From contig JAKBZR010000001.1 in assembly GCA_021842405.1 (NCBI GenBank), positions 18,865-82,864 on the forward strand: DNA of 64,000 nt, written 5' to 3'. The notes beneath the pieces were generated by a model, which was not told the DNA's origin, did no database searches, and saw only the letters and a list, made by a program, of their open reading frames with translations. How positions within the stretch are numbered: position 1 is the first letter of the stretch; each line of letters begins with the position of its first letter. A program made the position numbers and the translations under genes. The stretch comes from a bacterium. GTDB taxonomy: Bacteria; Armatimonadota; Chthonomonadetes; Chthonomonadales; JAMCWF01. Below, piece by piece: positions 46,172 to 57,843 of the stretch.

Positions 46172-48145
46172 ATGAACAACAACAAAGGGCTGAAGATCCT
46201 GATCAGCATTTTGATGATCGGACTGATCGTACTGGCCTTTAAATCGTCGGCATTAAGGGATCTCGGAGAATCGCCTGAAACAGTCTCATACTCCACCTTT
46301 GTGAATGAGGTAGAGAACCACAATGTCGCGCGTGGGACCATCAATGATAATACGTTCTCCGGCGAATATCTCCGCAAGCCGGTTTCATCCCGATCCAGCA
46401 AGTTCAATGTTGATATCGGCAGCTCAGGAAATCAGCGGGACCTGATTAAGCTGTTGTTGGCGAACCACGTCAAATTTGACTATACGCATCCCTTATTCTC
46501 ACCCCTTGTTCAAAACTTGTTGATCAGCTTCTTACTGCCTTTCCTATTGATTGTGGTTTTATGGATCTGGTTCATGCGCCAGGCGCAATCGGGGGGTAAC
46601 CAGGCGCTTTCTTTCGGCCGAAGCCGGGCAAAGCGATTGACCGACAGCGTTCCTAAAATCACCTTCGATGACGTGGCCGGAGTGGATGAGGCGAAACAGG
46701 AGTTGGAAGAGATCGTTGAGTTTCTCAAGAACGCCAAAAAATTTCAGGCGTTGGGAGCGAAGATTCCAAAGGGCGTTTTGCTTTTAGGACCGCCTGGATG
46801 CGGCAAAACGCTTCTGGCCAGAGCGGTTGCCGGTGAGGCCAACGTTCCCTTCTTTCATATCAGCGGCTCCGACTTCGTCGAGATGTTTGTGGGCGTTGGT
46901 GCTTCACGGGTTCGAGACCTTTTTGAGACCGCTAAAAGCAACCGGCCGAGCTTGATTTTCATTGATGAGATTGATGCGGTGGGCCGCCTGCGGGGCGCAG
47001 GGTTAGGGGGTGGCCATGATGAGCGCGAGCAGACGTTGAATCAGTTGTTGGTGGAGATGGACGGTTTTGACCCGAACGCCGGCGTCATCTTAATAGCAGC
47101 CACGAACCGGCCGGACGTTTTGGATCCGGCGCTTCTTCGACCGGGGCGATTTGATCGCCGGGTGGTAGTGGATTCACCGGATTTTAGGGGTCGGGCTGAA
47201 ATTTTGAGAGTACACCTCCGTGGAAAACCGTTGGACTTTGATCACAGCGAAGAAGAGCGGGAAAAAGTGGTTAAAAATTTAGCCCAGCGGACTCCCGGTT
47301 TTACCGGTGCTGACATTATGAACTTGGTGAACGAGGCGGCCCTGCTGGCCGCAAGACGCAATAAGACCAAAGTATCGATTCAGGAGTTTGAAGAATCGAT
47401 TGATCGGGTCATTGCTGGCCCCGAGCGAAAAAGCCGGGTGATGACGGAGGCGGTCCGCAGGCGAACTGCCTACCATGAAGTCGGTCATGCGATTGTCGGA
47501 GAAACGCTGGAACACGCCGATCCAATCCATAAGGTTTCCATTTTGCCGCGGGGTATGGCCCTGGGTTACACAATCAGCCTGCCCAGTGAAGATCGTTACA
47601 ACATGACAAAGAGCGAGCTGGAAGACAGTATCGCAATGGCGTTGGGCGGACGAGTTGCGGAGCAGGTCGTTTTCGGGGAGATGGATACCGGCGCTTCAAG
47701 GGACCTGGATCAAGCCACCGATGTGGCGCGAGCGATGGTTTGTGAATATGGAATGAGCGAGCGGCTAGGACCGTTGCGATTGGGCCGGCGCCACGGCAGC
47801 CCCTTTTTGGGGCGAGACATCATGGAGGATCGGGACTACAGTGAAGAGGTAGCTCAGGCCATTGATGAAGAGGTGCGCTCTATTATTGACCAGTGCTATC
47901 AACATGCGAAGCAGATATTGACCCAGAAGCGCGATAAGCTGGAGCTGATTGCAAGCGTACTTCTCGAAAAGGAAGTTCTTGAGCGGGAAGCGTTTGTCGC
48001 TCTCTTAAAAGGTGACGCCACCGCGATAGAGCCAAGTAAGGCACCGCCCAGCGACAGCTCGGGGCCATTCGGCACGCCGGAAATCCCGTCTCCGAAAGAG
48101 GTTCCGGCCCCACCCTTGTTTCGCCCCGAGCCGGGTGTAGCGTAG
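46172..48145 (+). CDS. ftsH: ATP-dependent zinc metalloprotease FtsH
   Basis: 657 aa; Walker [15 protein letters not shown] region, zinc motif HEVGHAIV, two N-terminal TM helices. Confidence 0.95.
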   Translation: MNNNKGLKILISILMIGLIVLAFKSSALRDLGESPETVSYSTFVNEVENHNVARGTINDNTFSGEYLRKPVSSRSSKFNVDIGSSGNQRDLIKLLLANHVKFDYTHPLFSPLVQNLLISFLLPFLLIVVLWIWFMRQAQSGGNQALSFGRSRAKRLTDSVPKITFDDVAGVDEAKQELEEIVEFLKNAKKFQALGAKIPKGVLLLGPPGCGKTLLARAVAGEANVPFFHISGSDFVEMFVGVGASRVRDLFETAKSNRPSLIFIDEIDAVGRLRGAGLGGGHDEREQTLNQLLVEMDGFDPNAGVILIAATNRPDVLDPALLRPGRFDRRVVVDSPDFRGRAEILRVHLRGKPLDFDHSEEEREKVVKNLAQRTPGFTGADIMNLVNEAALLAARRNKTKVSIQEFEESIDRVIAGPERKSRVMTEAVRRRTAYHEVGHAIVGETLEHADPIHKVSILPRGMALGYTISLPSEDRYNMTKSELEDSIAMALGGRVAEQVVFGEMDTGASRDLDQATDVARAMVCEYGMSERLGPLRLGRRHGSPFLGRDIMEDRDYSEEVAQAIDEEVRSIIDQCYQHAKQILTQKRDKLELIASVLLEKEVLEREAFVALLKGDATAIEPSKAPPSDSSGPFGTPEIPSPKEVPAPPLFRPEPGVA

Positions 48146-48167
48146 TTCCTACCTCAAACGGTAGCCG

Positions 48168-50927
48168 TCACTGGCGGTACATCGAAACCGCCTCGTGGAT
48201 TGGTAATTCGGCCGTCTGAATGGTAAGAGTACGATTTGAGGGGTTATACTCCCAGCCAACGCTGCCCTCAGTTTTCTGCTTGGGTAAAACGACTCCGTTA
48301 ACCATTACGCGATGGGGCCGGTAGACGTTTACCATCTCGACTCGATAGGAACGACGCACCAATTGCCCTGGATAGCTTCCCTTTTCCGGTTCAACCGTTA
48401 ATACCCCACTCTTTAAGTGGATCGGCGTCCAGGCATACTGGCCGTGCTCGTAGCCAAACCCATCACCGGCATCCTCGTAGAGCTTAAAGTACCCATTCGC
48501 TCCTGGATACACCCTCAATATGAGCGGATCCACCGGTTTAGCTCCCACGTGCTCCATATACGGCTGCATCGGGATAATGCCGCCCATCTTAACGAAGACT
48601 GGCATACGATCCAGCGGGCAGGTGATCTTTTCAACGTTGGGGCCACGATAGGTGTGGCCGGTAAAGAAATCGGTCCAGGTACCGGGTGGGAACCATACAT
48701 TCCGGGATGCCATATCACCGGGGCGCGCGATCGGCGCAACGAGCATTTCGCGGCCGAATAGATACTCATGGTCAAAGGTATAGGCGTAGGGATCGTTAGG
48801 CCAGTAGAGGTACATTCCGCGAGCCATCGGCAAGCCGGTGTCGTGTGCTTGGCGGGAAAGGGTGTAAAGGTAGGGGATCAGCGATTCACGCAGTCGCATG
48901 AATTTGTCGGCCGACTCGCGAGCTGCAGCGCCGTATTCCCACGGCAAGCGATATCCGTGATTGGAGTGAAGCCGTAAAATCGGTTGAAAGGCGCCTAACT
49001 GAACCCAGCGAGCATAGAGGTCATCGGGATCGCGCGGGTTATTGGGCGGCGGGCCGTTGAAGCTGCCGATGTCGTGGGTAACGTAGGGGAGGCCGATATT
49101 CCCTTCCCGAATGGTGAAATAATCCTCGAAATCCAGCATCGCCCAGGTGGCGGAGGTATCGCCGGTGAAGTGAACGCTGTAACGATGCTCCGCCCAAGGA
49201 CCGGCTGGATAGGTCCCTCTCCAGTTCTGCAACGAGGATCCGATGCGGGAAAAGGCAAAACCACGCAAGCCGGTGCGATCGATATCATGGGTGTAAAGGT
49301 AGTTGATCCACGTGTCCGGCGTGATGCCCGGCATGCCGGCGCGACTGTTGTCGCAGCACCAGTCCAGCCACCAAAACCGTACGCCTTGCTTTTCAAACGG
49401 ATGATGTAGTGCAAAGTAAGATCGTGCCTGGGCGGGGACGCTCCAATCCCAGACGTAGTTTCGATTGCCATTGTTAATCAAGCCGCCGGCAATGCGATTG
49501 GCGAGCGGAAATTGGGGATCGTCCTTCTGAATGCTGGAGTGGATGTTTAGCGTTACGTGAAGGCCCTGCTGTTTGCACCATGCCAAAAATTGGGTGGGAT
49601 GGGGGAACAGCTTTCGATTCCACTCCCAGCCGTTCCATCTGCTGGGGGCTTTGAAATCGGTATCAATTACCAGCACATCGAGCGGCACCCGCTCAGAGCG
49701 GAATTCCGGGATCAGTTTTTGCTGGTAGTCGGTGGCGTGGTAGGGAAAGTAACGGGAAAACCAGTTGCCGAATGCCCAGCGCGGCAGCAGCGGCGGATGG
49801 CCGGTGAGGTTGGCGAACTGATCGAGCGCCTCACGGTAGTGGTGGCCGTAACCAAAGAAATAGCCGTCTTGATAGGGGCCTCGATGCGGAGGGCGTGGCG
49901 TGACCCATCCGTTGGGCAGAAAGATAGCGGTCTGGCTGTCATCCAGCAAATACCAGCCATCCCGGCAAAGCAGGCCGTTGTGAAGCGGTATCGGGCCACT
50001 TTGTCCGTCCAAGCTGCGGAACCAGCCGCCCAAATTATTGGAAGAGGGTACGGTTGCTGTCTTTACGGCAGGAGGGGCGGTTGGCGCCGATTCGCCCGGC
50101 TTTAAAACCGCGATGTAATCTACATTAATGTTACCGCTGTCTTTTTTTGAATAAGTTAATGAGACGCTGTCGCTGCCTTTTCGTAAAGTGATGTTCGGCT
50201 CGATCGAGGCCCAGTCATCCCAGTTGTTGGTGGTTGGGAAGGTGAGCGGGCCGGCATCCACGCCATTTATAACCAAATCCATCGTTCGGGGCTCCAGCTT
50301 GCCGTCGCCGCCGCGATTGTTTGAGTATCGGATTAAAAGGGGATAAGTACCGCTGGTCGGCACGTCGAGGATTTGCCACGAGATGGTGGCGCCGACTGCC
50401 TGGATTCCGGCCACAAACCCTTCACCGGAGTAGCCGGAATGATCTCTCGCCAACGAGGCTCCTCCTCCCAGCTCGGCGTCCTCGGCCTGGCCGATCCGCC
50501 CAAGCTCCACCGGGCTGGCGATGCTGCCAAATCGGGGATGGGCCATCACCGTATGCCCATCCACCTTCAGAGTAACGCTGAGATTATGGGGCGTAAAAGG
50601 CCCCGAGTGCAGCCGGTAGCGCAGCAGCAAATCGGCCGTGCGGATAGTAAGCCAGCCGTTGTAAATTTGGGTTGCATAGGGCGTATAGGGAAAATTACGG
50701 TGAATGACGTTGAAGGTGGGGCGATTTTCGAACTTCCCATCGGCCGCATATTCGAGACGGATCAGCATTGGGGTTAAAATTTGAAAGCGAGCATGCCCCG
50801 CCACGACGGTGTCAGCGCGGGATGATCGCGAAGCCGCGTACCCGGCGGATGGTAATCCGCTGGAAGCAAGAACCGCAACGGTAGCAACAAGTAAAGACCG
50901 GTAAGTGTTTAAATGGATGCGCATCAA
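48168..50927 (-). CDS. glycoside hydrolase family 31-like enzyme with inserted CBM6/35-like module
   Basis: 919 aa; signal peptide; IPLDVLVIDTDF and FWWLDWCCDN GH31-like core; CBM-like segment GEGFVAG...NINVDYIAV. Confidence 0.65.
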   Translation of the reverse strand: MMRIHLNTYRSLLVATVAVLASSGLPSAGYAASRSSRADTVVAGHARFQILTPMLIRLEYAADGKFENRPTFNVIHRNFPYTPYATQIYNGWLTIRTADLLLRYRLHSGPFTPHNLSVTLKVDGHTVMAHPRFGSIASPVELGRIGQAEDAELGGGASLARDHSGYSGEGFVAGIQAVGATISWQILDVPTSGTYPLLIRYSNNRGGDGKLEPRTMDLVINGVDAGPLTFPTTNNWDDWASIEPNITLRKGSDSVSLTYSKKDSGNINVDYIAVLKPGESAPTAPPAVKTATVPSSNNLGGWFRSLDGQSGPIPLHNGLLCRDGWYLLDDSQTAIFLPNGWVTPRPPHRGPYQDGYFFGYGHHYREALDQFANLTGHPPLLPRWAFGNWFSRYFPYHATDYQQKLIPEFRSERVPLDVLVIDTDFKAPSRWNGWEWNRKLFPHPTQFLAWCKQQGLHVTLNIHSSIQKDDPQFPLANRIAGGLINNGNRNYVWDWSVPAQARSYFALHHPFEKQGVRFWWLDWCCDNSRAGMPGITPDTWINYLYTHDIDRTGLRGFAFSRIGSSLQNWRGTYPAGPWAEHRYSVHFTGDTSATWAMLDFEDYFTIREGNIGLPYVTHDIGSFNGPPPNNPRDPDDLYARWVQLGAFQPILRLHSNHGYRLPWEYGAAARESADKFMRLRESLIPYLYTLSRQAHDTGLPMARGMYLYWPNDPYAYTFDHEYLFGREMLVAPIARPGDMASRNVWFPPGTWTDFFTGHTYRGPNVEKITCPLDRMPVFVKMGGIIPMQPYMEHVGAKPVDPLILRVYPGANGYFKLYEDAGDGFGYEHGQYAWTPIHLKSGVLTVEPEKGSYPGQLVRRSYRVEMVNVYRPHRVMVNGVVLPKQKTEGSVGWEYNPSNRTLTIQTAELPIHEAVSMYRQ

Positions 50928-50977
50928 TGTTCCTCCTATCCGGTCGAATCGAGTCGATCCGATATGAATTTGTGATT

Positions 50978-51021
50978 CCCGTGTTCCGGTGGTTGCGAAA
51001 TCGCTTTCACCGGAACACGGG
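50978..51021 (-). terminator. 14-bp perfect hairpin downstream of the PPIase gene (no U-tract)
   Basis: CCCGTGTTCCGGTG (50978-50991) pairs with CACCGGAACACGGG (51008-51021), 16-nt loop. Confidence 0.35.
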
Positions 51022-51038
51022 ACGAGGGTTTCTACCGA

Positions 51039-52772
51039 TCAGGGCTTGCCGGCCGGAGGTAATTGATTCGACGGTTTAACCGGCGCGGCCGTTTTCGGGG
51101 CGGTGGCGGCCGGTGGCGGTGCAGCCGGTGGCGGCGGGGCCGCTGTTCCGGTTGCGCCGGGCGCTGGGGTTGCGGGTACGGCGGAAGCCTTTTGCTGGGC
51201 TTGTAAAGTTTGAATCGTTTTCTGCTCTTGAGCAGCCAGCGCAGGCTGGCCCAACGCGATGAAGTCCTTCATTAGCTCCTGGTGGATGCTGATCAGGGTG
51301 GGCGATTGATCCCAGCTCAGTAGTTGCTGGATCATCTTGTACTGCTCCAGAGCCAAGTTATTTTGATTGTTCTGGCGGTAGAGGTCGGCCAGATTGAATC
51401 GTGCACTTCGGGACTCAACTGTCGCTAGCGCCTGCGTATAGTAGGTGATGAGCTGTTGGCGCAATGCCTTTCGCTGCTGGCCTTTCGGCATGGTTGCATA
51501 TTGCTGCGAATAGAGAAGGCTGGCCAGCGCCAGTGCCGCATCCCCATCGGAGGCGTGGGTGGACACGTAGCTTTTCATCTCCGCGATGAAATCAGTCATA
51601 TTTTGGATGGAGCCCGGCGGATTTATCGGGCTGGGATTTGCCAAAATGAAATAGTCGTACTTCCACTTCAATGATGGATCTTTGATGACGATCTTGGCGT
51701 TCGCCATTAACTTGCTCAGCTCGCTCGCCCATGCCTGCTGCTTCTCCTGGGTTTCAAGCTGCGTGAGGTAGGTCGCCTTCTTTTTAGCGAAGTCCTTCGG
51801 CAGGCTTTCGCGGATGCCCAGCAATTGGATAATGTAATAGCCGTAGTTAGTCTTGATCACACCGCTGATCTGACCTGGTTTCAGCGCCAGCGCCGCTTGG
51901 GAGACCGGTTTGGGCAGTGCGATGAGCGGCACCCAGCCGAGGTTACCGCCTTTTTTACCGCCCGGCACCTCCTTTTTCAACTTCGCGCTATAGATCATAT
52001 TGGTGTTTAAAGGATCGCTGGAGAACTGGTTGGCCAATTGAGCGAAATCGGTCCCCTTCTGCAACTTGGTCAGAATCTGCTGCGCCCGGAATTTAGCCTG
52101 GGCGCTTGGCAGCAAGTTGGGTGTCTGCAGCGGACTGTTGAGCGTGCCGATCAAGATTTCACGAAGGTTGGCCTCTTTATAGGAGTTGACAAGATCGGCC
52201 TCGGTCACTTTTATGTTGCTGGTGATCGTATCCTGCAGCTTTTGTGGCAACAAATCCTGGTGCAGATACTGTGTCAGTTGATTCAGACTCATACTGAAGC
52301 GCTGTTGGATGTAGGTGGAGAGGTCCGCTTGGGAAACCGGCTTGCCTCCACCGATAGGAGCGCTGATCTGCTGGAGCGCTTTGGAGATATCGGCGTCGTT
52401 CACTTTCAAGCCGAGCTTTTTGGCCGCCAGCTCCTGCACCCTTTGCATGATAAGCTGATTGATCAACGCCCCCTGAAGCTGGATCCACTGCATTTGCGAT
52501 TGGGACGGGGTGATGTTCAATAGTTTTTTTTGCTGATCATACTGGGCTCGGGTGATCGGACTGCCGTTGACGGTGGCGATCACTTGCTGATTGTTCTGGC
52601 CGGAGCCGCTGACAAACATACCGGGGTTTTCGGCGAAAAGCAGCAACATGCCGACCCCGATAATAACGGCAAGCACTGCGTACCAGAATGGATTGGCGAA
52701 GGCATGCCGCCACCAAGATAATGAGGCGGGGCGAATCCGACGACGAGATTTTCTTTTTTTAGTTGTGGCCAT
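51039..52772 (-). CDS. membrane-anchored parvulin-type peptidyl-prolyl isomerase (PpiD/SurA-like)
   Basis: 577 aa; N-terminal TM anchor; parvulin core GGNLGWVP...KTNYGYYIIQL; Pro/Ala-rich C-terminal tail. Confidence 0.75.
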   Translation of the reverse strand: MATTKKRKSRRRIRPASLSWWRHAFANPFWYAVLAVIIGVGMLLLFAENPGMFVSGSGQNNQQVIATVNGSPITRAQYDQQKKLLNITPSQSQMQWIQLQGALINQLIMQRVQELAAKKLGLKVNDADISKALQQISAPIGGGKPVSQADLSTYIQQRFSMSLNQLTQYLHQDLLPQKLQDTITSNIKVTEADLVNSYKEANLREILIGTLNSPLQTPNLLPSAQAKFRAQQILTKLQKGTDFAQLANQFSSDPLNTNMIYSAKLKKEVPGGKKGGNLGWVPLIALPKPVSQAALALKPGQISGVIKTNYGYYIIQLLGIRESLPKDFAKKKATYLTQLETQEKQQAWASELSKLMANAKIVIKDPSLKWKYDYFILANPSPINPPGSIQNMTDFIAEMKSYVSTHASDGDAALALASLLYSQQYATMPKGQQRKALRQQLITYYTQALATVESRSARFNLADLYRQNNQNNLALEQYKMIQQLLSWDQSPTLISIHQELMKDFIALGQPALAAQEQKTIQTLQAQQKASAVPATPAPGATGTAAPPPPAAPPPAATAPKTAAPVKPSNQLPPAGKP

Positions 52773-52773
52773 G

Positions 52774-53631
52774 CTAGGTGTTTTCTGCTCCGATAAAGCG
52801 CTGTAATGCGGTCAAACATGCACGCGAGGCCGGTTCAGACGACCCATCGGGCATCCGGTAGTGGGATTCCAGCGAGATGTAGCCGTCATACCCATCCGCC
52901 TTCAGCGCGGCAAACTGGCCCTCATAGTCAATTTTACCCTCGCCCACCACGCACCACTTCACCTTACCGTCGGGCGAGCGGATGCCGTCCTTGATGTGGA
53001 TGTGGGCGATATAGGGCCGCGCCGCCTCGTAGCCGTCCGGATAAGGACGCTCGCCGGCCGCGAAGGCGTTACCCGGATCCCAAACGACTTTCAGATGGGG
53101 TGAATTGATGGCTTTCGCCGCTTTTGCCACCTCCACGCCGGTGCCGAAGTTACAGGAGTGCTCGTTCTCCAGCAACAGCGTAATGCCGTGTCGGGCGGCG
53201 ATCTGCAGCGGTTCCTGAAAGGCTTGCACGATCCGTCCCAGCAGCTCGTCGGTTAGGTCACTCTTGCGCCAAAAGGCAAAGACGCGGATGAATCGGCATT
53301 CGAAGAGGTGGGCCAGGTCGCAGCAGCGCTGCAGCAAGTCAAGCTGCTCGTTGAGTCCGCGCGGACGGGCCAGATGCAGCGGTCCGCGGATACCGCTCTC
53401 CCCGCCGAAATCCAGGTCGCACTTAAAGAAGGGGCTGGCCAGCGCGCAGACCTTCAAGCCTCGCTGATGAAGGGCGAGGCGGGCGCGATTTGTCTGCTCG
53501 GTGGAGAGATCGCCGATATTGACGCCCCAGAGTCCGCGCAGCTCGGCGCCGGCCGCGCCGTGCTCCACCAGGACGTCCAGCGCGCGCTCGAAGTCCTGCG
53601 AAATCTCATCGGTTATGGCGGCGAGCTTCAT
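52774..53631 (-). CDS. sugar phosphate isomerase/epimerase (xylose isomerase-like TIM barrel)
   Basis: 285 aa; LLLENEH and HIHIKD motifs typical of the AP-endonuclease-2/xylose isomerase-like fold. Confidence 0.7.
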   Translation of the reverse strand: MKLAAITDEISQDFERALDVLVEHGAAGAELRGLWGVNIGDLSTEQTNRARLALHQRGLKVCALASPFFKCDLDFGGESGIRGPLHLARPRGLNEQLDLLQRCCDLAHLFECRFIRVFAFWRKSDLTDELLGRIVQAFQEPLQIAARHGITLLLENEHSCNFGTGVEVAKAAKAINSPHLKVVWDPGNAFAAGERPYPDGYEAARPYIAHIHIKDGIRSPDGKVKWCVVGEGKIDYEGQFAALKADGYDGYISLESHYRMPDGSSEPASRACLTALQRFIGAENT

Positions 53632-53704
53632 CGGGGGTTAAGGATCCTCAGTCTCGTGTGCATCGGGGAACAGTTTACTGCAAAGGGTAGGGATGAGTCA
53701 AACA

Positions 53705-53884
53705 AAAGAGTTCAGGTTTGCTGAGGATGGTGTTGCAGACAGGTCTCATAGGGGCGGCGATGATGTTGACACCATATAGCAGGAAGGAACGGACCTCCCT
53801 CCCCGTTGACGGGGAGGGCCGGGGTGGGGGTGCATCCAATATTATTGCAAATTATTCCCGTAGAACTGAACTCTCTCATCTCCG
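53705..53884. repeat. type-1 MITE-like element
   Basis: left aaaagagttcaggtttgctgagg; right attcccgtagaactgaactctct; internal hairpin ccctccccgttgacggggaggg. Confidence 0.6.
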
Positions 53885-53979
53885 GCCCGGTTGTTCATCA
53901 TTCAGAAGAATGGGGTAAGATATCCTGGAGTATGGCTCGCTATGCCTGCTGGCGATCGGCAAGGCGAGGAGGAAATTTG

Positions 53980-54738
53980 ATGACCAAGGTTGTTAAATTC
54001 CCAACCAAAAAATGTGAAAGCTGCGGGCATCCGGTGCTGATATCGGCGCCGGTCTGCACCCACTGCGGCTCACGACTCGATACGCCGCCCCCCAATGTAA
54101 CCGTCCCCGCCGCACCGCCGATCTCAGCAACCCCTAATCTTACCCATGCTACGATGCCGCTAACGCCGGCGCCCACCACATCAGGCCCAACCTACCGACT
54201 GACCGGTGCGGACGGGGTGGAATACGGCCCGGTAGACATGCCCGCGTTGATGCAGTGGATTCGAGAGGGGCGTGTACAGCCGGACAGTCGTATCAAGGAG
54301 GTCAGCACCGGACGGCAGCTTTTCGCCCGAGAGATGCCGGCATTCCGGGCGATGTACAACTCGTATAGCCCTTCATCTTCCCTGATGAGCCAGCTTGACT
54401 TGCAGAAGCAGACTGCTTTCGGTACAAATCGAATCGCTCACATCCACAAGATATGGCCGGCTATCTTGCTGGCAGTCTTGCTGACGGGCGCCGGCCAGAT
54501 TTACAACCGGCAGATTGTGAAGGGATTAGGATTATTACTGTGCATGTATCTACTCGGCAATGGTTTTTTTGGATTTTATGAAGTTTTATTCTTGGCGCAG
54601 GGGAACGCAGCCCTGTCGCCTGCCATCTTTCTAACAATATTCGCAGTTGCTATCTGGGTGCTGGGCATTGCCGATGCGATCATCATCGCTTCACGCCTGG
54701 AGCGCGGCGAGCCGGTGTCGCCCTGGAAATTTTTCTAG
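53980..54738 (+). CDS. zinc-ribbon + GYF_2-like domain membrane protein
   Basis: ATG at 53980 behind AGGAGG; CESCGH...CTHCG ribbon; YGPVDMPALMQWIREGRV GYF-like segment; C-terminal TM helices; the track's upstream extension is repeat-encoded. Confidence 0.6.
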   Translation: MTKVVKFPTKKCESCGHPVLISAPVCTHCGSRLDTPPPNVTVPAAPPISATPNLTHATMPLTPAPTTSGPTYRLTGADGVEYGPVDMPALMQWIREGRVQPDSRIKEVSTGRQLFAREMPAFRAMYNSYSPSSSLMSQLDLQKQTAFGTNRIAHIHKIWPAILLAVLLTGAGQIYNRQIVKGLGLLLCMYLLGNGFFGFYEVLFLAQGNAALSPAIFLTIFAVAIWVLGIADAIIIASRLERGEPVSPWKFF

Positions 54739-54894
54739 TGTGCGGCGGAAACGGATCCGATCATTTCGGTGAGCCATCCTCTATACGAAAACGGGTATTA
54801 AACCGTACAACCTTTGATTCCCCTTCCCAAATTTAAGGGGGAGGCAGAGGAGGGCAAATCCGGTTACAAAGAATAGAATCGAATTTATAACCTT

Positions 54895-54914
54895 ATTCCC
54901 ACCGAACTGAAATC
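54895..54914. repeat. degenerate remnant of a type-1 right terminus
   Basis: attcccaccgaactgaaatc versus attcccacaaaactgaactc; hairpin ccccttcccaaatttaagggg lies nearby. Confidence 0.3.
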
Positions 54915-54926
54915 CATCGGACATAC

Positions 54927-54956
54927 TAGACATGAGAGGGGGCTGTTCAGTATACT
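54927..54956 (+). promoter_or_regulatory. candidate promoter upstream of murA
   Basis: TAGACA (54927-54932), 18 nt, TATACT (54951-54956); both hexamers lie inside an 11-bp direct repeat. Confidence 0.3.
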
Positions 54957-55040
54957 AGACATTGGTTAATCGGAATAACGACGCAGTTATGTTCCCATCG
55001 AAGCGCCGATTGAAGTTTAGACCTGGAGGTCGTTTTAGGT

Positions 55041-56333
55041 TTGGAGAAGCTTTTTATCGTTTCCGGTGCGCAGCTCAGCGGCGAGGTGCAACTCAGCGGC
55101 AGCAAAAACGCAGCCCTTGCCATCATGGCGGGAGCTTTACTGGCTCCCGGAAAGACAATTCTCCATAATGTGCCCCGGATCAGCGACATGAATACCATGA
55201 TCGCAATGCTGAATAGTCTCGGTGTTCCGTCCAAGTTTGTCGGCACACACACAGTCACCATTGATGCTACCAACATACGCACCTGTGAGGCGCCCTACGA
55301 GCTGGTTCGCAAGATGCGCGCCTCCTTTTCAGTGCTCGGACCGATCGTGGCCCGCTGTGGGGAGGCGAGAGTGCCGGTTCCGGGCGGCTGCGACATCGGG
55401 GCGCGGCCGGTGAATTTCCACATAGACGGCCTTCGCCGTCTGGGGGCGCGGATTGATGTGGAGCACGGACTATATGCCGCAAACGCCCAGCGATTGCAAG
55501 GAACTAATATCTACCTCGATTTTCAAAGCGCCGGCGCTACCCAGCACCTCATGACCGCGGCTGGTTTGGCTGTAGGCACAACGACCATTGAAAATGCGGC
55601 GACCGAGCCGGAGATAGTGGATCTAGCGAACTTTTTGAAGGCGATGGGCGTTAAAATTGAGGGGGCTGGCACTCCCACTATCATCATCAACGGTGTGGAG
55701 GAGCTCACACCGATCGAATACACGATCATCCCCGATCGCATGGAGGCGGGCACCTTCGCGATAGCGGCCGGTATCACGAGGGGGGATATCTTTATTCGAG
55801 GCGCAGTGGAAGAGCATATGAAGCCGGTCATCACCAAGTTAGGAGAGGCGGGGGTGCAGCACAGCGTAGAGTCGGACGGCATCCGCTTCCGGCGTTCGGG
55901 GAGGATACGGCCGGTGACCATCAAAACGATGCCGCACCCCAGCTTTCCCACCGATTTACAGCAGCCGTTCGCCGCCATGCTCTGCGTGGCGGATGGGACC
56001 TCGACGATAACCGAAAATGTGTACGAGAGCCGATTCCGCTACATTAACGAGCTGAATCGTATGGGCGCCGACATTCACGTGGAGGGGCGGACGGCGGTCA
56101 TTAACGGGGTGCCCCGTTTGACCGGCGCGCCGGTCACCGCCACCGATTTACGGGCGGGAGCGGCCTTGATCATTGGCGGGTTAGTGGCGGAAGGGGAGAC
56201 CGAAATTTCCGGTGTGGACCATATTGATCGTGGATACGAAGACATCGCGGGTAAATTGGCGGGACTGGGCGCATTGATCCGCCGGGGAGACGAGGTCGAA
56301 AACAACGAAGGGGTTCATGTTTGTTCAATTTAG
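55041..56333 (+). CDS. murA: UDP-N-acetylglucosamine 1-carboxyvinyltransferase
   Basis: 430 aa; [15 protein letters not shown] start region, active-site [10 protein letters not shown] loop. Confidence 0.95.
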   Translation: MEKLFIVSGAQLSGEVQLSGSKNAALAIMAGALLAPGKTILHNVPRISDMNTMIAMLNSLGVPSKFVGTHTVTIDATNIRTCEAPYELVRKMRASFSVLGPIVARCGEARVPVPGGCDIGARPVNFHIDGLRRLGARIDVEHGLYAANAQRLQGTNIYLDFQSAGATQHLMTAAGLAVGTTTIENAATEPEIVDLANFLKAMGVKIEGAGTPTIIINGVEELTPIEYTIIPDRMEAGTFAIAAGITRGDIFIRGAVEEHMKPVITKLGEAGVQHSVESDGIRFRRSGRIRPVTIKTMPHPSFPTDLQQPFAAMLCVADGTSTITENVYESRFRYINELNRMGADIHVEGRTAVINGVPRLTGAPVTATDLRAGAALIIGGLVAEGETEISGVDHIDRGYEDIAGKLAGLGALIRRGDEVENNEGVHVCSI

Positions 56334-57334
56334 TTCCGTCCATTGGAATAGATTTGGGTACCGCCAATATCCTGGTCTACGTGCGAGGAAGAGGTATCGT
56401 TTTACGGGAGCCCTCCGTTGTAGCGATAGATAACGGATCGAAAAGGGTTCGCGCGGTAGGGGAAGAAGCCCGCCTAATGCTGGGTCGAACGCCGGGCAAT
56501 ATCGTCGCGATCCGTCCGATGAGCGATGGGGTGATCGCCGATTATACCACCACCGAGAAGATGCTGGAGCACCTCATTAATAAGGTGGTGGGGCGGCGGC
56601 GGGTGTTTCGGCCTCGCGTTTTGATATGCGTGCCGTCCAATGTAACCAGCGTGGAAGAGCGCGCCGTTATTCAGGCGGCGCGGGAAGCGGGCGCCGGCGA
56701 GGCGCACACCATTGAAGAGCCGATGGCGGCCGCCATCGGCGCGGGCTTGCCCATATCGGTGCCCGGCGGAAATATGGTGGTGGATATCGGTGGCGGAACC
56801 ACCGACATCGCCGTCATCTCCCTTGGCGGAATCGTGATCAGCAACAGCTTGCGGATCGGCGGCAATAAGATGGATGAGGTGATCATCCGTCATATCCGCA
56901 CTGCCTACAATTTAATGATCGGTGAGCGAACGGCCGAAGAGATCAAGATAAAGATCGGCAGCGCATACCCGCTTGATGAAGAGTTGGAGATGGATGTCCG
57001 CGGCCGCGATCTGGTAGCCGGATTACCCAAAACGGTGCGGGTCAGTTCGGTTGAAATTCGGCAGGCGCTCGCGGAACCGGTAACCGCCATCGTTGAAAAA
57101 GTGCGTTCGGTGCTGGAGCATACACCTCCGGAACTCTCCAGTGATATCATCGAGCGAGGGATCTGTTTGACCGGTGGTGGCGCTTTGCTTCGCAACTTCG
57201 ATAAGCTGCTGGGGGCGGCAACCAGCATACCGGTCTATATTGCGGATGATCCACTCTCCTGCGTTGCCATCGGCACCGGCCGCGCACTGGATGAGATGCA
57301 GACGATCCGAGAGAGTTCATCGCACAACGACTGA
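56321..57334 (+). CDS. mreB: rod shape-determining protein MreB
   Basis: 337 aa; [13 protein letters not shown], actin-fold phosphate loops DIGGGTTD; overlaps the murA end by 13 nt. Confidence 0.95.
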   Translation: MFNLVPSIGIDLGTANILVYVRGRGIVLREPSVVAIDNGSKRVRAVGEEARLMLGRTPGNIVAIRPMSDGVIADYTTTEKMLEHLINKVVGRRRVFRPRVLICVPSNVTSVEERAVIQAAREAGAGEAHTIEEPMAAAIGAGLPISVPGGNMVVDIGGGTTDIAVISLGGIVISNSLRIGGNKMDEVIIRHIRTAYNLMIGERTAEEIKIKIGSAYPLDEELEMDVRGRDLVAGLPKTVRVSSVEIRQALAEPVTAIVEKVRSVLEHTPPELSSDIIERGICLTGGGALLRNFDKLLGAATSIPVYIADDPLSCVAIGTGRALDEMQTIRESSSHND

Positions 57335-57396
57335 GCCGTGATGAACGGGATCGGTAATTTAGAAGGCATGAAATTCATCCCGACTGCCGATAATTA

Positions 57397-57843
57397 GTCA
57401 GAGTTCAGTTCTGTGGGAATTAAATGTTGACTGGTCGAGGTCTATCGCGCTATCAGAGCCCCAAGCGTAAGCGAGGGATATCCGGTTGAGGAAATGCCTA
57501 TGGAGGAGGTTTACCAATATTGGTCAGAGTTCAGTTCTCTGGGTAATTTAGGCGGGTGTTGCAGGGCGGTGTGTCTTGACCCCCATCCCGCCCTTCCCCC
57601 TGGGAGGGGGAAGGAGCACGGAACGGTTGCGAGGAGGAAGAGAGTAGGACAAGTTTAAGGTGGAAGGCAAGGATGGGGTGCGACGTAGTAGTCGCCAAGA
57701 CCCAGTCCGGATCCCTTCCCCCTGAGAGGGGGAAGGCTAGGATGGGGGTCGGCCTAATGCACTCCCAAGCTCCCCTTCTTCTCCCAGGCCAGGATGGGGG
57801 TCGAACGAAGATCATTCCCATAAAACTGAACTGTTACCTCTTT
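57397..57843. mobile_element. 447-bp composite type-1 element flanked by a 9-bp direct repeat
   Basis: cgataatta at 57388-57396 and 57844-57852; two left termini gtcagagttcagttct (57397, 57524), one right terminus attcccataaaactgaactgttacctcttt; hairpins ccttccccctgggagggggaagg and ccttccccctgagagggggaagg. Confidence 0.7.

Noticed and set aside
57531-57821. 96-aa minus-strand ORF; likewise 53718-53918, 35698-35943 and the 53806-53979 extension of the zinc-ribbon protein
   Set aside because: They are repeat-derived or low-complexity Pro/Gly/Arg translations of GC-rich hairpins, with no ribosome-binding sites.
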